Positions 18,148 through 27,785 of a stretch of 64,000 nt of DNA are shown here, piece by piece (within the stretch, counting starts at the first letter, position 1; every line of letters begins with the position of its first letter). Source of the DNA: a virus. The position numbers were made by a program, and so were the translations under genes. Below the pieces are notes generated by a model. The model ran no database searches, was not told the origin of the DNA, and saw only the letters and a program-made list of their open reading frames with translations. The DNA lies in the IMG/VR virus record IMGVR_UViG_3300049434_000014, positions 32,001 to 96,000 of that record; one strand, 5' to 3'.

Positions 18148-19482
18148 ATGAGCGATGATGCAGGTATGCAGATGCTTGCTGATCTCGGCATTGCTCTGCA
18201 GGACCCTTCGCTGACTGAGATTAGTTCTGTGGGTGGCACAGAGATCTCTGATGAGCAGTTGCTTGATCCTGTCGCCGAGCCTGACTCTCCTCCTATCTTT
18301 ACGTTGCAGCGTATGGTTTTCGCTTCGATGATGAAGCAGGTAATGCAGGTGGTTCCGCTGCGTGACTTCTACCCTCAGCTTAAGAACGTGTTGATTGAGG
18401 TCACTGATGGTCGGCTGTCCTTGACGGGCTCGGACTCGACGTCGTCTGTGGTGTCTTCGACTACGGCTGTTCGTGTGGATAATCCTGGCCGTGTGTTGGT
18501 GGGCGCTAATCGCTTCGCTGCGGTGATTGCTCGAGCTGCGGGTGCGGAGGTCACCATTCGGTGTGAGGGTGCGTCTGTGCTCATCTCATCGGGCGCGGCG
18601 TCGTGGTCGCTGCGGGTGGCGTCTGTTCAGGACTATCCTCCGTTGCCTGATCTCGGAGATATCTCCTGGTACGATGTTGACCGGTCTGCGTTTGCTCGCG
18701 CGATCGGCGGCACTCGTTATGCTGCTTCTAAAGACGATAACAAAGATCACATCATGCAGCTTGATATTGCTGGCGGTGTTGTGACGGCAACGGATGATCA
18801 GCGTTTCGCTCAGGTCCGGGAGAGTTTGCCTGTTGAGTTCGGGTGTCAGCTTCCTGCGTCTGGTGCGGATCTGTTGATTAAGATGCTTGAAAACAATGAT
18901 GCTGCACAGTTCCGTATGGCTGATACGGACTTTCACATTGTTGCAGAGATTGGTCCTGTGCATGCTCCTGACCGTGTAATCATTGCTCATTTGATGCGTC
19001 CGTTCCCTCCGGAAGCTCGGACGGCTCTCGCTGCTCCGCAGGCCGACAATCGTGATGTCCTCACGGTGGCTGCTGACGATCTGATCGAGGTGTTGCGCCG
19101 CGCTGCTCCTACGGCTGATGAGGAGACGGCAGCGGTCGCTCTGCGGATCGGTTCGCCTGAGCCTGGCAAAGTGACGGTCGCCTCGCGCAATCGCTACGGC
19201 GATTTGAGCACTGAGGTGATTGAGGCTGCGTTCGTCGTCGCTGGCTCGGAGCGGGTCGCTGAGGCGCGCACGGTGGTGGTGAGCCACGTTCATCTGCTCC
19301 AAGCCGTCAGGGCGTCTGTGGAGGCGTCTCCGTTGGGCGACGAGGAGGCTGGCGCTGGGATGGTTCAGCTCTTGCTTGGCCAGCCTCGGTCGCGCTCCCG
19401 TCCTGCGTACGTGATGGTCACCGACGCCGGTAGGACCGTGCAGGCCGTGCTCTCGCAGGTCCGTTCGGACTGGATATCTTGA
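18148..19482 (+). CDS. dnaN: DNA polymerase III beta subunit-like sliding clamp
   Basis: P.LKNVLI....G.L.LTG.D, DYPPLP, YAASKD and ATD..R motifs; three-domain length. Confidence 0.8.
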   Translation: MSDDAGMQMLADLGIALQDPSLTEISSVGGTEISDEQLLDPVAEPDSPPIFTLQRMVFASMMKQVMQVVPLRDFYPQLKNVLIEVTDGRLSLTGSDSTSSVVSSTTAVRVDNPGRVLVGANRFAAVIARAAGAEVTIRCEGASVLISSGAASWSLRVASVQDYPPLPDLGDISWYDVDRSAFARAIGGTRYAASKDDNKDHIMQLDIAGGVVTATDDQRFAQVRESLPVEFGCQLPASGADLLIKMLENNDAAQFRMADTDFHIVAEIGPVHAPDRVIIAHLMRPFPPEARTALAAPQADNRDVLTVAADDLIEVLRRAAPTADEETAAVALRIGSPEPGKVTVASRNRYGDLSTEVIEAAFVVAGSERVAEARTVVVSHVHLLQAVRASVEASPLGDEEAGAGMVQLLLGQPRSRSRPAYVMVTDAGRTVQAVLSQVRSDWIS

Positions 19483-19541
19483 CATGGTTTCATGGTCATG
19501 CTATGTTGACATGACATGCAGGATCCGTTAAAGGAGGCAGG

Positions 19542-19802
19542 ATGTTTAGACCGAAGCGTTATTGGTTTCAGAGTGAAGACGGTACTTACTATCGTAATGG
19601 TCCGTTGGTTATAGCGGAGATGGATGATTATTGGTATCGTCCACGTTTATACGCTGAACTAGAGCAAGAGTTGCGTGATATTCGACGTGTTGGAGTCACC
19701 ACTAAGACTGAGTTAGAAGATGGTGATGTCGTTGCACGACGTTTGCCGTTTTCTGTGTCTCATCCTCACATGCCGGATCTTTCTCGTTTTTTAGATAAGT
19801 GA
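19542..19802 (+). CDS. hypothetical protein
   Basis: Promoter 19479 and CCGTTAAAGGAGGCAGG RBS. Confidence 0.6.
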   Translation: MFRPKRYWFQSEDGTYYRNGPLVIAEMDDYWYRPRLYAELEQELRDIRRVGVTTKTELEDGDVVARRLPFSVSHPHMPDLSRFLDK

Positions 19803-19830
19803 TCATACAGTTCCGTTAAAGGAGGCAGGG

Positions 19831-20139
19831 ATGTATCCGCATCAGGTTGCTGGCTTAGGGATGATGTCTAGACAGCTCGGTGATGCTCTCCGGATGTCTG
19901 TGGAGCAAGAGCGTCAGGCCGCACGTATGCGTCAGATGATTGATGCTTCGCTTCGTCCGCGTCGTACTGTTCGTATTACCTATTTCCGTGGTGCTGATTT
20001 GTATTACGTGAATCTCGTTATAGGTGATGACGTGATCAGCAATACTGTCGGCACTAACAATGAGGATACTGCCGAAGAAATGGCAGATCGGTTCTCCAGG
20101 TACTACGGTGTCGACATTACTCGAAAGGATGTTCCTTAA
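19831..20139 (+). CDS. hypothetical protein
   Basis: CCGTTAAAGGAGGCAGG RBS. Confidence 0.6.
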   Translation: MYPHQVAGLGMMSRQLGDALRMSVEQERQAARMRQMIDASLRPRRTVRITYFRGADLYYVNLVIGDDVISNTVGTNNEDTAEEMADRFSRYYGVDITRKDVP

Positions 20140-20453
20140 TGACTGCACCCATGCGTCACGTGTGGGTGATGACTCGGGATCGTAATCGTAACTATCGTCA
20201 CGCGACGTGGGTTGCTGCGACTCCCTTGGCCATGACTCAAATGGCGGATTCTTTGAGTAGGGCGATGGGTATCCGTCGTGCTGCTGCTATCAATCAAGGT
20301 GTCGAGTCGTGGACCGACACGGGTGCGCCTAAGATCATTTTCGCTGTGGACGAGGGAATCGATATTGGTTCTCTTGCCGACGAGATTGTTCGGCATGGTA
20401 AGGCTGCTGGTGTCGAGTTACGTATCGAGCATGCTTCCGAGGATGGATTGTGA
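20139..20453 (+). CDS. hypothetical protein
   Basis: TAATG coupling. Confidence 0.55.
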   Translation: MTAPMRHVWVMTRDRNRNYRHATWVAATPLAMTQMADSLSRAMGIRRAAAINQGVESWTDTGAPKIIFAVDEGIDIGSLADEIVRHGKAAGVELRIEHASEDGL

Positions 20454-20899
20454 GTAACATTGGAATCACCGGTACAAGGTTTGGTCTTGCGATACCGCAA
20501 TCTAAGAGATTATTTGAAGTTCTTAGGCGCCTTTTTGTACCTGATTCTGTTTTACATCATGGTGACTGTAAAGGAGTGGATGAGCAAGGCGCGGCTTTAG
20601 CTCGAGCGATGGGTTATGAGCTTTGTTCACATCCACCGAGCGACGATAAGTTACGAGCGTTTGTGCCGTCACGGTTTTTGATGTGGCCGTTGCCTTACAT
20701 GGAGCGTAATCGCGCGATCGTTTTGCAGTCGAGCGTGCTTGTTGCTTGTCCTGACAGCCAGGTGGAGACTCTGCGGTCGGGAACGTGGTCTACGGTGCGC
20801 ATCGCACGCGAGCTGGTACTACCTGTGGTGCTGGTGTTCCCTGACGGGCGAGCCTCGCTGGAAGTTGGCAACTTGCAAGCTGAGGTACCGGTATGCTAG
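20450..20899 (+). CDS. SLOG-superfamily (Smf/DprA-like Rossmann fold) protein
   Basis: IGITGTR.G, HHGDC.GVD, RNRAIV and SGTW.TVR motifs. Confidence 0.75.
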   Translation: MSNIGITGTRFGLAIPQSKRLFEVLRRLFVPDSVLHHGDCKGVDEQGAALARAMGYELCSHPPSDDKLRAFVPSRFLMWPLPYMERNRAIVLQSSVLVACPDSQVETLRSGTWSTVRIARELVLPVVLVFPDGRASLEVGNLQAEVPVC

Positions 20900-20942
20900 T
20901 TTGTGTTCACGTTCAACGGAGATAAATCCAAGGAGGATGACC

Positions 20943-22835
20943 ATGGCTATTCAGCCATTTGTCACGAGGGAACAAGCCGCAGCCCTTCGAGCTGCGCAGT
21001 CTGGCTCTAGGCTCGGCAACTCACCGGGGTTGGGCAATGGTCGTGGTGGAAGCGCTCAGATGGCGTTTGCTCCCACCCAGGAGCAGGAAGCTATCCGCGA
21101 CGGGTATCGTACTGGCCAAGACATTGTGATTCGCGCCCTCGCGGGTACTGGTAAGACTACGTCGCTGGAGATGCTTGCTCGCGACGATCTTCTCAAGCGG
21201 ATGACTTATGTTGCTTTCAACCGCTCTATTGCCGACGAGGCCAGTCGGCGTTTCCCTTCCAACGTCACCGCAAAGACTATGCATTCTTTCGCGTTTGGTG
21301 CGGTGGGTCGCCATTTTGCTGATCGGCTGAATGGTCCGCGTGTGGAGGCTTGGAAGGTCGCAAACATCCTCGGGATCCCTGAGCGTTTTGAGTTCGGTGC
21401 GTTCTCGCTCCGCTCGCATCAGCTTGCTCGGCTGGTCATGGAGGCTGTCTCGCGGTTTTGTCATTCTGATGCTTCCGAGCCCAGTGCAAGCAATATCCCC
21501 AAGGTTCCGGGGTTGGCTTCGGACGATGCGCGTCGGGAGTTGACTCGGATGCTTTATCCGTTCGTCGTGCGGGCGTGGGAGGATCTGTCTGCGCATCAAG
21601 GTCAGCTTCGTTTCTCGCACGATATTTACCTTAAGCTGTGGGCGATGACTGATCCTCAGTTGCCCGGTGATGTTGTGCTGGCCGATGAGGCTCAAGACTT
21701 CGATCCGGTGATTAAGCAGATCGTTAGCAATCAACGGAATGCACAGCTCATCTACGTGGGCGATAGCAATCAGCAGATCTATGAGTGGAGGGGTGCGGTC
21801 GACGCTCTTGCTTCCATTCCCAACGCGTTGTCTTTCCCGCTGCAGAAGTCGTTTCGTTTCGGGCCGGTCATCGCAGCTGAGGCTAATCGGATTCTCGAGG
21901 TGCTGGGCTCGCCTCTGCGTTTGGAGGGACATGAGCCTGTTGACTCAAAGCTGGCATTCCTTCTGGATCGTGGTGCTGCAGATTGCGTATTGACTCGAAC
22001 CAATGCCGAGGCTATCGCACGCCTGATGAATGCTCAGATGGATGGCGTGCGGGCTGGGTTGGTCGGCGGAACGGCTCAGGTCGAGGCTCTCGCTAAGGCT
22101 GCTCTGGATTTGTCGGAAGGTCGCAAGACTACGCATCCTGAGTTGGTTGCTTTCAATTCGTGGAATCAGGTTCGGGAGTATGCCGCCGAGGATCCTGATG
22201 CCAAGGAGATCCAGGTGCTGGTTAAGCTGGTCGATCGACATGGCCCTTACGCGCTCCTGGAGGCCGTGCAGCGGGCTGTTCCTGAGCAGTCTGCGGACTT
22301 GCTCCTGTCAACGGCTCACAAGGGCAAAGGCAGGGAATGGAACCGTGTCCTGATCGCTGGTGACTTCTCTGATCCTCGTGATGAGGATACGGGTGAGTGG
22401 GTTCCCGGTGAGCTTCGTCTTGCCTACGTTGCGGTGACGCGGGCGAAGAAGTTTCTCGATTGTTCCAATCTTTCCTGGCTAACTGAGCTGGCGCATTTCA
22501 ATCGGAATGAAGACGATCCTCAGCGGTATTTCTTGACTCCTGAGGAGGTCCCTGAGCGTGAGGTTATTGAGGTCGCGGCTGACTCGGCTCCTTCCGAGCA
22601 GGTCATTCCTGATCCTGAAGACGCGACTCGCTTGATGTTCCGAGGGACGAAGTATGATCCTGAATTGGTAGTTGCTCAGCGCACGCTCCCTCGCAGTAAG
22701 TATTACGGTATTTACTGTGGGCACGAGAAAGTGCGTGTTGTGCTCGCCACCGCTCAGGCGTTGGCTGTTGCTGAACGGTTCGGATTGACGGTAAGTCAGG
22801 CAGCCCGCGAACGGGTCGCTGAGCTTGCCGGGTAG
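20943..22835 (+). CDS. UvrD/Rep-like SF1 helicase
   Basis: ALAGTGKTT, AFNR, DEAQD, VGD..QQIY.WRGA, SFRFG, STAHKGKG.EW and YVAVTRA motifs. Confidence 0.92.
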   Translation: MAIQPFVTREQAAALRAAQSGSRLGNSPGLGNGRGGSAQMAFAPTQEQEAIRDGYRTGQDIVIRALAGTGKTTSLEMLARDDLLKRMTYVAFNRSIADEASRRFPSNVTAKTMHSFAFGAVGRHFADRLNGPRVEAWKVANILGIPERFEFGAFSLRSHQLARLVMEAVSRFCHSDASEPSASNIPKVPGLASDDARRELTRMLYPFVVRAWEDLSAHQGQLRFSHDIYLKLWAMTDPQLPGDVVLADEAQDFDPVIKQIVSNQRNAQLIYVGDSNQQIYEWRGAVDALASIPNALSFPLQKSFRFGPVIAAEANRILEVLGSPLRLEGHEPVDSKLAFLLDRGAADCVLTRTNAEAIARLMNAQMDGVRAGLVGGTAQVEALAKAALDLSEGRKTTHPELVAFNSWNQVREYAAEDPDAKEIQVLVKLVDRHGPYALLEAVQRAVPEQSADLLLSTAHKGKGREWNRVLIAGDFSDPRDEDTGEWVPGELRLAYVAVTRAKKFLDCSNLSWLTELAHFNRNEDDPQRYFLTPEEVPEREVIEVAADSAPSEQVIPDPEDATRLMFRGTKYDPELVVAQRTLPRSKYYGIYCGHEKVRVVLATAQALAVAERFGLTVSQAARERVAELAG

Positions 22836-22898
22836 AATAAGAGTGCGGGGGTCGGGTTCCTACCAGATGCGCACCGGCCCCCGCTGATAACTAAATAT

Positions 22899-22970
22899 GC
22901 GTCGGTAGCTCAGAGGAAGAGCAGCTGCCTCTTAAGCAGCGGGTCGGGATATCGTAATTCCCTCGACGCA
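22899..22970 (+). tRNA. tRNA-Lys(CTT), atypical T-loop (ATCGTAA)
   Basis: Cloverleaf GCGTCGG/TCGACGC; anticodon arm GCTGC-CTCTTAA-GCAGC. Confidence 0.85.
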
Positions 22971-22971
22971 C

Positions 22972-23094
22972 GGGAGACCTGGACATGTCCTACCCCATAC
23001 TAAACTGATCCCGTGAGATATTGGGCCGATCCATGGTTCCTCTCTACACGTTCTGATGCTTAGGGTTGATCGCACGATTGGCCCTAAGCATCAG
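22972..23094 (+). ncRNA. structured ncRNA module copy A (pseudoknot-like core, CGTG/CACG helix, long hairpin)
   Basis: GACCTGGACATGTC...TAAACTGATCCC; related to the copies at 23402 and 23557. Confidence 0.5.
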
Positions 23095-23103
23095 GAAATG
23101 CAA

Positions 23104-23179
23104 GCCTCGATAGCTCAGCCTGGACGAGAGCAGATGCCTTTTAAGCATCGGGTCGTTGGTTCAAATCCAACTCGGGGTA
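23104..23179 (+). tRNA. tRNA-Lys(TTT)
   Basis: Canonical cloverleaf; GATGC-CTTTTAA-GCATC; GTTGG-TTCAAAT-CCAAC. Confidence 0.93.
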
Positions 23180-23390
23180 CGTGAAATTATATAGAACCCC
23201 TTCTGAGGTGCAATCCGCGCAGTTACGTTTTCGCTGGAGTTCTGAGAAAGCAGCTAGAGTTATTTCCCGACATCGGGAATACTATATTCCAGTTGTAGAT
23301 TTTGTTAAACCTAATTGGTTCCCGTTGGCAACACTCAGTTTGAGTGTAGTTACGAATTGTGTAACAATTTTAGTTGCTTTGCTGATAAAA

Positions 23391-23770
23391 TAAACTGTAT
23401 TGGTGACCAGGCACATGTCACTGATTCCTTCACCGGGTCTACTAAACTGTACCCGTGCTGCCAAGTCCCTTCCTCGGACATCGCCAAGCACGTTAAATGG
23501 TTATGCCTCCTCGGTAAGGCGCCTTACCGAGGAGGTAACATAAATTAAACTGTATTGGGGGACCTGGAGTAAGTCCGCTAAACTACTCCCGTGTTTTGCA
23601 CGTTAAACAGTTCCCGACAGGATCGTTATGGAGGGTGCACCTTTCGGATGATCCTGTCGGGAACGCTAATGACGAATACTAATCTCGGTCGTCGGGAGTC
23701 AAGGCTGTCTTTCGCAGATCCACGGGTATTAGTCATCACCGGAGAGTTAAGGTTCGTTCGGCCGGTTTTT
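23391..23770 (+). ncRNA. structured ncRNA modules B and C plus further hairpins
   Basis: TAAACTGTATTGG repeated at 23391 and 23547; long stems CCTCCTCGGTAAGG/CCTTACCGAGGAGG and GTTCCCGACAGGATC/GATCCTGTCGGGAAC. Confidence 0.55.
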
Positions 23771-23912
23771 ATTGCGATACTTCCTTACCGGCTGCATCTT
23801 CATCTTGATGAACGTTCCTGCTCCCGACGACCTTCGACTTGACATGCATGGTCGTGTATGGTTGGGTAGTACTAGACAAGGTTGCAAGGTCGAGCGAGAA
23901 GGCGGTAAAGCC

Positions 23913-25139
23913 ATGCAGGTTACGGAGTTGTTCTCCAATGAGGCGCTTGGGGAGATGGTTGCTGCGGGTTATGTGCGTATGCAGCGGCATCCTCGTTTCC
24001 ACGATGGCGTCCCTTACGTCATCTTCAATTACACGGAGACCGCTGCTTACGAGCGTGTGTGGAATCCGGTCACTGAGGTGTGTCGTGGCTTGATTGTGAA
24101 CAACGCGACGCTCGAGGTTGTCGCACGTCCGTTCCGTAAGTTCTTTAATTACGGTGAGCCTGGCTCTCCTGTTCTCCATATGGATGAGGGTGCGGACGTC
24201 TATGACAAACTAGACGGCTCGCTCGGCATTCTTTACCAGCTTCCTGATGGCGAATATGCGATTGCCACGCGCGGTTCGTTTGATTCCGAGCAGGCTCGCC
24301 ACGCCACAAAGGTGTGGCAGGATCGCTACGCGGGCAAGTTCACTCCCTATCCTGGCGGCACTTATCTGTTTGAGATCATCTATCGTGCCAATCGCATTGT
24401 CTGCGACTATGGGGACATGGACGATCTCGTGTTGCTCGGTGCTGTCGACATTGAGACTGGTGTTTCTTTTACGCCTCACGAGGGTGAGGCGATTGGTGAG
24501 TGGCCTGGCCCTAAGGCTGAGATGTTTCAGTACTGGTCGCTGGCAGCTGCTCTGGCAGCGCCTCCCCGTCCGGGTAAGGAGGGCTTCGTCCTTCGGCGTT
24601 GGCATTCCGAGGATCGCATTAAGATCAAGCAGGATGATTACGTTGCGTTGCACCGGATCATTACGAATTGCACGGCGCGTCGGATCTGGGAATACCTCGC
24701 GGTGTTCGCTTGCCAACCTTATGCGACAACGGGCGTTGAGTTCTTAGTGCGTAAGTTGATGATGGGTCCTGCTGACATTAATCGGATCCTCGCGGTTGGC
24801 TCTAACTGGCTGGAGACTTTCCTGGTTGGTACTCCGGAGGAGTTTCGTGATTGGGTGCAGGACAAGGTGTGGGAATTCCTTAGGGCTCGCACGTCGCGTT
24901 TGCAGGATCTGGAGTTGTCTTTGCATCTGATGTTGGCTACAGCGGATGTCCCTCGCTCTGCGGTCGGCGGTCCGTCTCGTGAAGAGGCTAAGGCGTTCGC
25001 CGCAGCGGGTCGGTCTCATCCTGATTTTCAGCTGCTTATGACCATGCTTCGTGGCCATGAGATCGAGTCGACTATTTGGCGTGAGCTGCGCCCTGCCCAC
25101 GAGCTTCCTTACCGGGCAGTGGATGAGTCTGTGGCTTAG
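23913..25139 (+). CDS. T4 Rnl1-like RNA ligase
   Basis: CRGLI, ARPF.KFFNY.E, KLDGSLG (motif I), ATRGSF.S, FEII, EGFV (IV) and KIK (V). Confidence 0.92.
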   Translation: MQVTELFSNEALGEMVAAGYVRMQRHPRFHDGVPYVIFNYTETAAYERVWNPVTEVCRGLIVNNATLEVVARPFRKFFNYGEPGSPVLHMDEGADVYDKLDGSLGILYQLPDGEYAIATRGSFDSEQARHATKVWQDRYAGKFTPYPGGTYLFEIIYRANRIVCDYGDMDDLVLLGAVDIETGVSFTPHEGEAIGEWPGPKAEMFQYWSLAAALAAPPRPGKEGFVLRRWHSEDRIKIKQDDYVALHRIITNCTARRIWEYLAVFACQPYATTGVEFLVRKLMMGPADINRILAVGSNWLETFLVGTPEEFRDWVQDKVWEFLRARTSRLQDLELSLHLMLATADVPRSAVGGPSREEAKAFAAAGRSHPDFQLLMTMLRGHEIESTIWRELRPAHELPYRAVDESVA

Positions 25140-25545
25140 GGGATCGGTGACGGGTGGAGCGTCGCTCAGGCGCTCTGCCCCTCGCTGTCTTTCCCCATGG
25201 TTTGGCCACAGAAATACCAATCACGATTACCAGCAATGCTAATCCTATTGACTTCGCTTCTACGCTTTGTATGTTAAGTATTGTTAGTGTTGCTCCTGCC
25301 GCAGCAATACCTAGTGAGATTGTGCATTTCACTGCAATCCACCAGTGTTTGGTTATTCCCCACGGTGTTCCTAGTGTTAGAATGAATCCTGTTAGTAGCG
25401 TTGTTGACACAACAGGAATGAGAAGAATGTACGTGACGTTGTTGTTTAGTTGAACGAGTTGTCGAGTCGTTAGGGATTCACTCAAAGCAATGTAAATTGA
25501 GACAGTGAGGATTCCCAACCACGCCGATGCGAATACTATGTGCAC
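25072..25545 (-). CDS. 4-TM membrane protein (DUF2269-like), the only clear minus-strand gene
   Basis: H......WLG, LLTG..L.LGTPWG..H.W...K and ISVAKPWG motifs typical of actinobacterial membrane proteins; start may lie slightly upstream. Confidence 0.7.
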   Translation of the reverse strand: MHIVFASAWLGILTVSIYIALSESLTTRQLVQLNNNVTYILLIPVVSTTLLTGFILTLGTPWGITKHWWIAVKCTISLGIAAAGATLTILNIQSVEAKSIGLALLVIVIGISVAKPWGKTARGRAPERRSTRHRSPKPQTHPLPGKEARGQGAAHAK

Positions 25546-25734
25546 TGTTAATAGTGCTGTTCTGATGCGGCGTGGAAGTTTTGGTTTGGCGAGAGGCCCG
25601 AGAATGTGAGCAGCTCATACCTGCAGAGCGTGACTTGTCAAGTGCGCAGCGTGGTCGCAAGTTTCGGGTAGGACTGTGTTGCATGGTTGTACGGCTTATG
25701 GTACGGTTGTACCAGTTCCGTTAAAGGAGGAAGC

Positions 25735-26001
25735 ATGAATACTCGTAAAGCTCGTGATCCGAAGGTTGATCCGTCTCGCCAGGACAACGATCGAGCCCTT
25801 GCTGCAGCCATGCTCGCAGTCTGGGATGAAGACACAATTAAAGCTGTGTTGAGTGCTGTTCGTTCTGACGCGCGGTTGGGTGAGGCGTTCAGCGATCGGT
25901 ACGATGTTCCGGCAATCAGGCGCAATGTTTGCCGTTTGAATATGGTTGACTCGTTTTTGAGTGGTGTGCTTGAGGCTAGTGTCTTCCTGCGTCAGGATTG
26001 A
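25735..26001 (+). CDS. hypothetical protein
   Basis: Promoter 25679 and CCGTTAAAGGAGG RBS. Confidence 0.6.
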   Translation: MNTRKARDPKVDPSRQDNDRALAAAMLAVWDEDTIKAVLSAVRSDARLGEAFSDRYDVPAIRRNVCRLNMVDSFLSGVLEASVFLRQD

Positions 26002-26073
26002 GTTTTCTTACGTGGTGTTTCGTGTGGTATGAATGTCTTTCCTAGCACCTATCAGGAAGGGCATTTAACGGAC

Positions 26074-26445
26074 ATGAAGGTTATTGACATCACGAGCATT
26101 CCGCGCAAGTGGCTCTCTTGTCGTGCGTGGCAGCATGCCTGGGATCACGGGCCTGCTCCGCTGCAAGAGGATCGAAGTGTGCAGCCGGTGGTGTGGGTGA
26201 CTCGCGCACATTGTGTGTCGTGTGCAACGAAGCGGTGGCGCTATTTCCGGGTGGGAGATGCTTTACCTATTAGTGGATGGGATTACGAGCATCCTGCAGA
26301 TTGGCGTTGGGCTATGCATGGTGTGACGCAAATGGAGGCCCGCGCGGAGCTTGCTCGCCGAGACATTGCTGGCGAAAAAGAGGGTAATAAGATTGCCTCG
26401 ATTCGCAAGACTGTAAAGAAGACTTCACGGGCTATCGCTGGGTAG
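26074..26445 (+). CDS. hypothetical Zn-binding protein
   Basis: CR...HAW and CxxC motifs. Confidence 0.6.
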   Translation: MKVIDITSIPRKWLSCRAWQHAWDHGPAPLQEDRSVQPVVWVTRAHCVSCATKRWRYFRVGDALPISGWDYEHPADWRWAMHGVTQMEARAELARRDIAGEKEGNKIASIRKTVKKTSRAIAG

Positions 26446-26481
26446 GACCACAGCGACCCCACCGATAAAGGGAGCTGTGAG

Positions 26482-27516
26482 ATGCACGAGGATATGGTGT
26501 CTGCGATGCAGCCGGTCGAGGCTGATGTCGAGTCTTTGCCTGACTTCCCTACTGAGTTGATCCTGACGCGTGGCCTTCCCGGTTGCGGTAAGACAACGTG
26601 GGCTCGCTTGATTCTGGAAGTGGAGCGCTCCAAGGGTCGACGGATTGTTCGGGTTAATCGCGATGACTTGCGTCGCATGGCTTTGCCTTCCGGGTATGGC
26701 AAGCCTGACTTCGCGACGGAAAAGGAGATCTCTGCGATTCGGGATGCCGCGCTCGAGCATTGGTTGTCGGCTGGCGTTTCGGTCATTGTTGATGACACCA
26801 ATCTTCGTATGCGTTTTGCTCGTGATCTGGCTGATCTCGCGGAGCGGTTGGGTGTGGAGTTGGTTGTCGTTGACTTCTTTGAAGTCGATCTCGACACTTG
26901 CCTTGCACGCAATGAGGATCGTCATGGTACTGAAAGCTACGTGCCTCCGTGGGTGATCAAAGATATGTATGGTCGTTACCTGGCTGGCTCTAAGCCGGGT
27001 CCTGTTCTCCCTCGCCCGACAGCGTGGCAGTCTGCGGTCGTGCCTTACGAGCCTGTTTACGGTGCTCCTGAGATTGCGCTGGTTGATCTCGACGGCACGG
27101 TTGCTTTGCTCAATGGGCGAGGTGCTTACGATGAGTCTTGCGTTTCAGAAGACTTGCCCAATCACCCAGTGATTGAAGCTGTGCAGGCAATGGCTGGTCT
27201 CGGTCGGTGGGAACGAATGAGTCAACATGATCGGACGATCGGTTTGGTATTCATGTCTGGTCGTACTGAGGCGTGTCGTGTGAGTACTACTGATTGGCTT
27301 TCCACGCATCTCGGTATTGCTCCCGAAGATGTCGTGTTGCACATGCGCGATATCGGCGATCAGCGTCCTGACCGTGAGGTAAAGTTGGAGCTGTTCAATA
27401 AGCACATTCGTCATCGGTTCGAGGTTCGTTGCGTTTTTGATGATCGTGTGAGCGTTGTTGAATTGTGGCGCCAGCTCGGGCTAGTGTGTTTCCAGGTGGC
27501 TGATGGGAAATTCTAA
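26482..27516 (+). CDS. pseT: polynucleotide 5'-kinase/3'-phosphatase (T4 PseT-like)
   Basis: GLPGCGKTT and NRDDLR kinase motifs; DLDGT, SGR and FDDR HAD phosphatase motifs. Confidence 0.93.
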   Translation: MHEDMVSAMQPVEADVESLPDFPTELILTRGLPGCGKTTWARLILEVERSKGRRIVRVNRDDLRRMALPSGYGKPDFATEKEISAIRDAALEHWLSAGVSVIVDDTNLRMRFARDLADLAERLGVELVVVDFFEVDLDTCLARNEDRHGTESYVPPWVIKDMYGRYLAGSKPGPVLPRPTAWQSAVVPYEPVYGAPEIALVDLDGTVALLNGRGAYDESCVSEDLPNHPVIEAVQAMAGLGRWERMSQHDRTIGLVFMSGRTEACRVSTTDWLSTHLGIAPEDVVLHMRDIGDQRPDREVKLELFNKHIRHRFEVRCVFDDRVSVVELWRQLGLVCFQVADGKF

Positions 27517-27736
27517 GGGAAGGACAGCCAGCTTGGATCTGATGACGGCTTCGATTGGTATTGTCAGAGATGAGCTAGACGATCCTCCTAAGGCAGCTAT
27601 GGTGTTGGCTCGAATGGCTAAGCGTGCGAAGGTGAAGCCTTCTGACGATGAGCTGTTAGAGTTGTTCAACATGCTGGGTCTTGACATCAATGATGTACCT
27701 CGCCGACCTCCAACAGAGGAGGGTGTTTCGTTGTAG
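27503..27736 (+). CDS. hypothetical protein
   Basis: Overlap-coupled ORF. Confidence 0.5.
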   Translation: MGNSKGRTASLDLMTASIGIVRDELDDPPKAAMVLARMAKRAKVKPSDDELLELFNMLGLDINDVPRRPPTEEGVSL

Positions 27737-27785
27737 CGCGGCGGTTGCGCGGCAACGTGAGTTGGAGCGTCGAAGTTCTGAGTTG

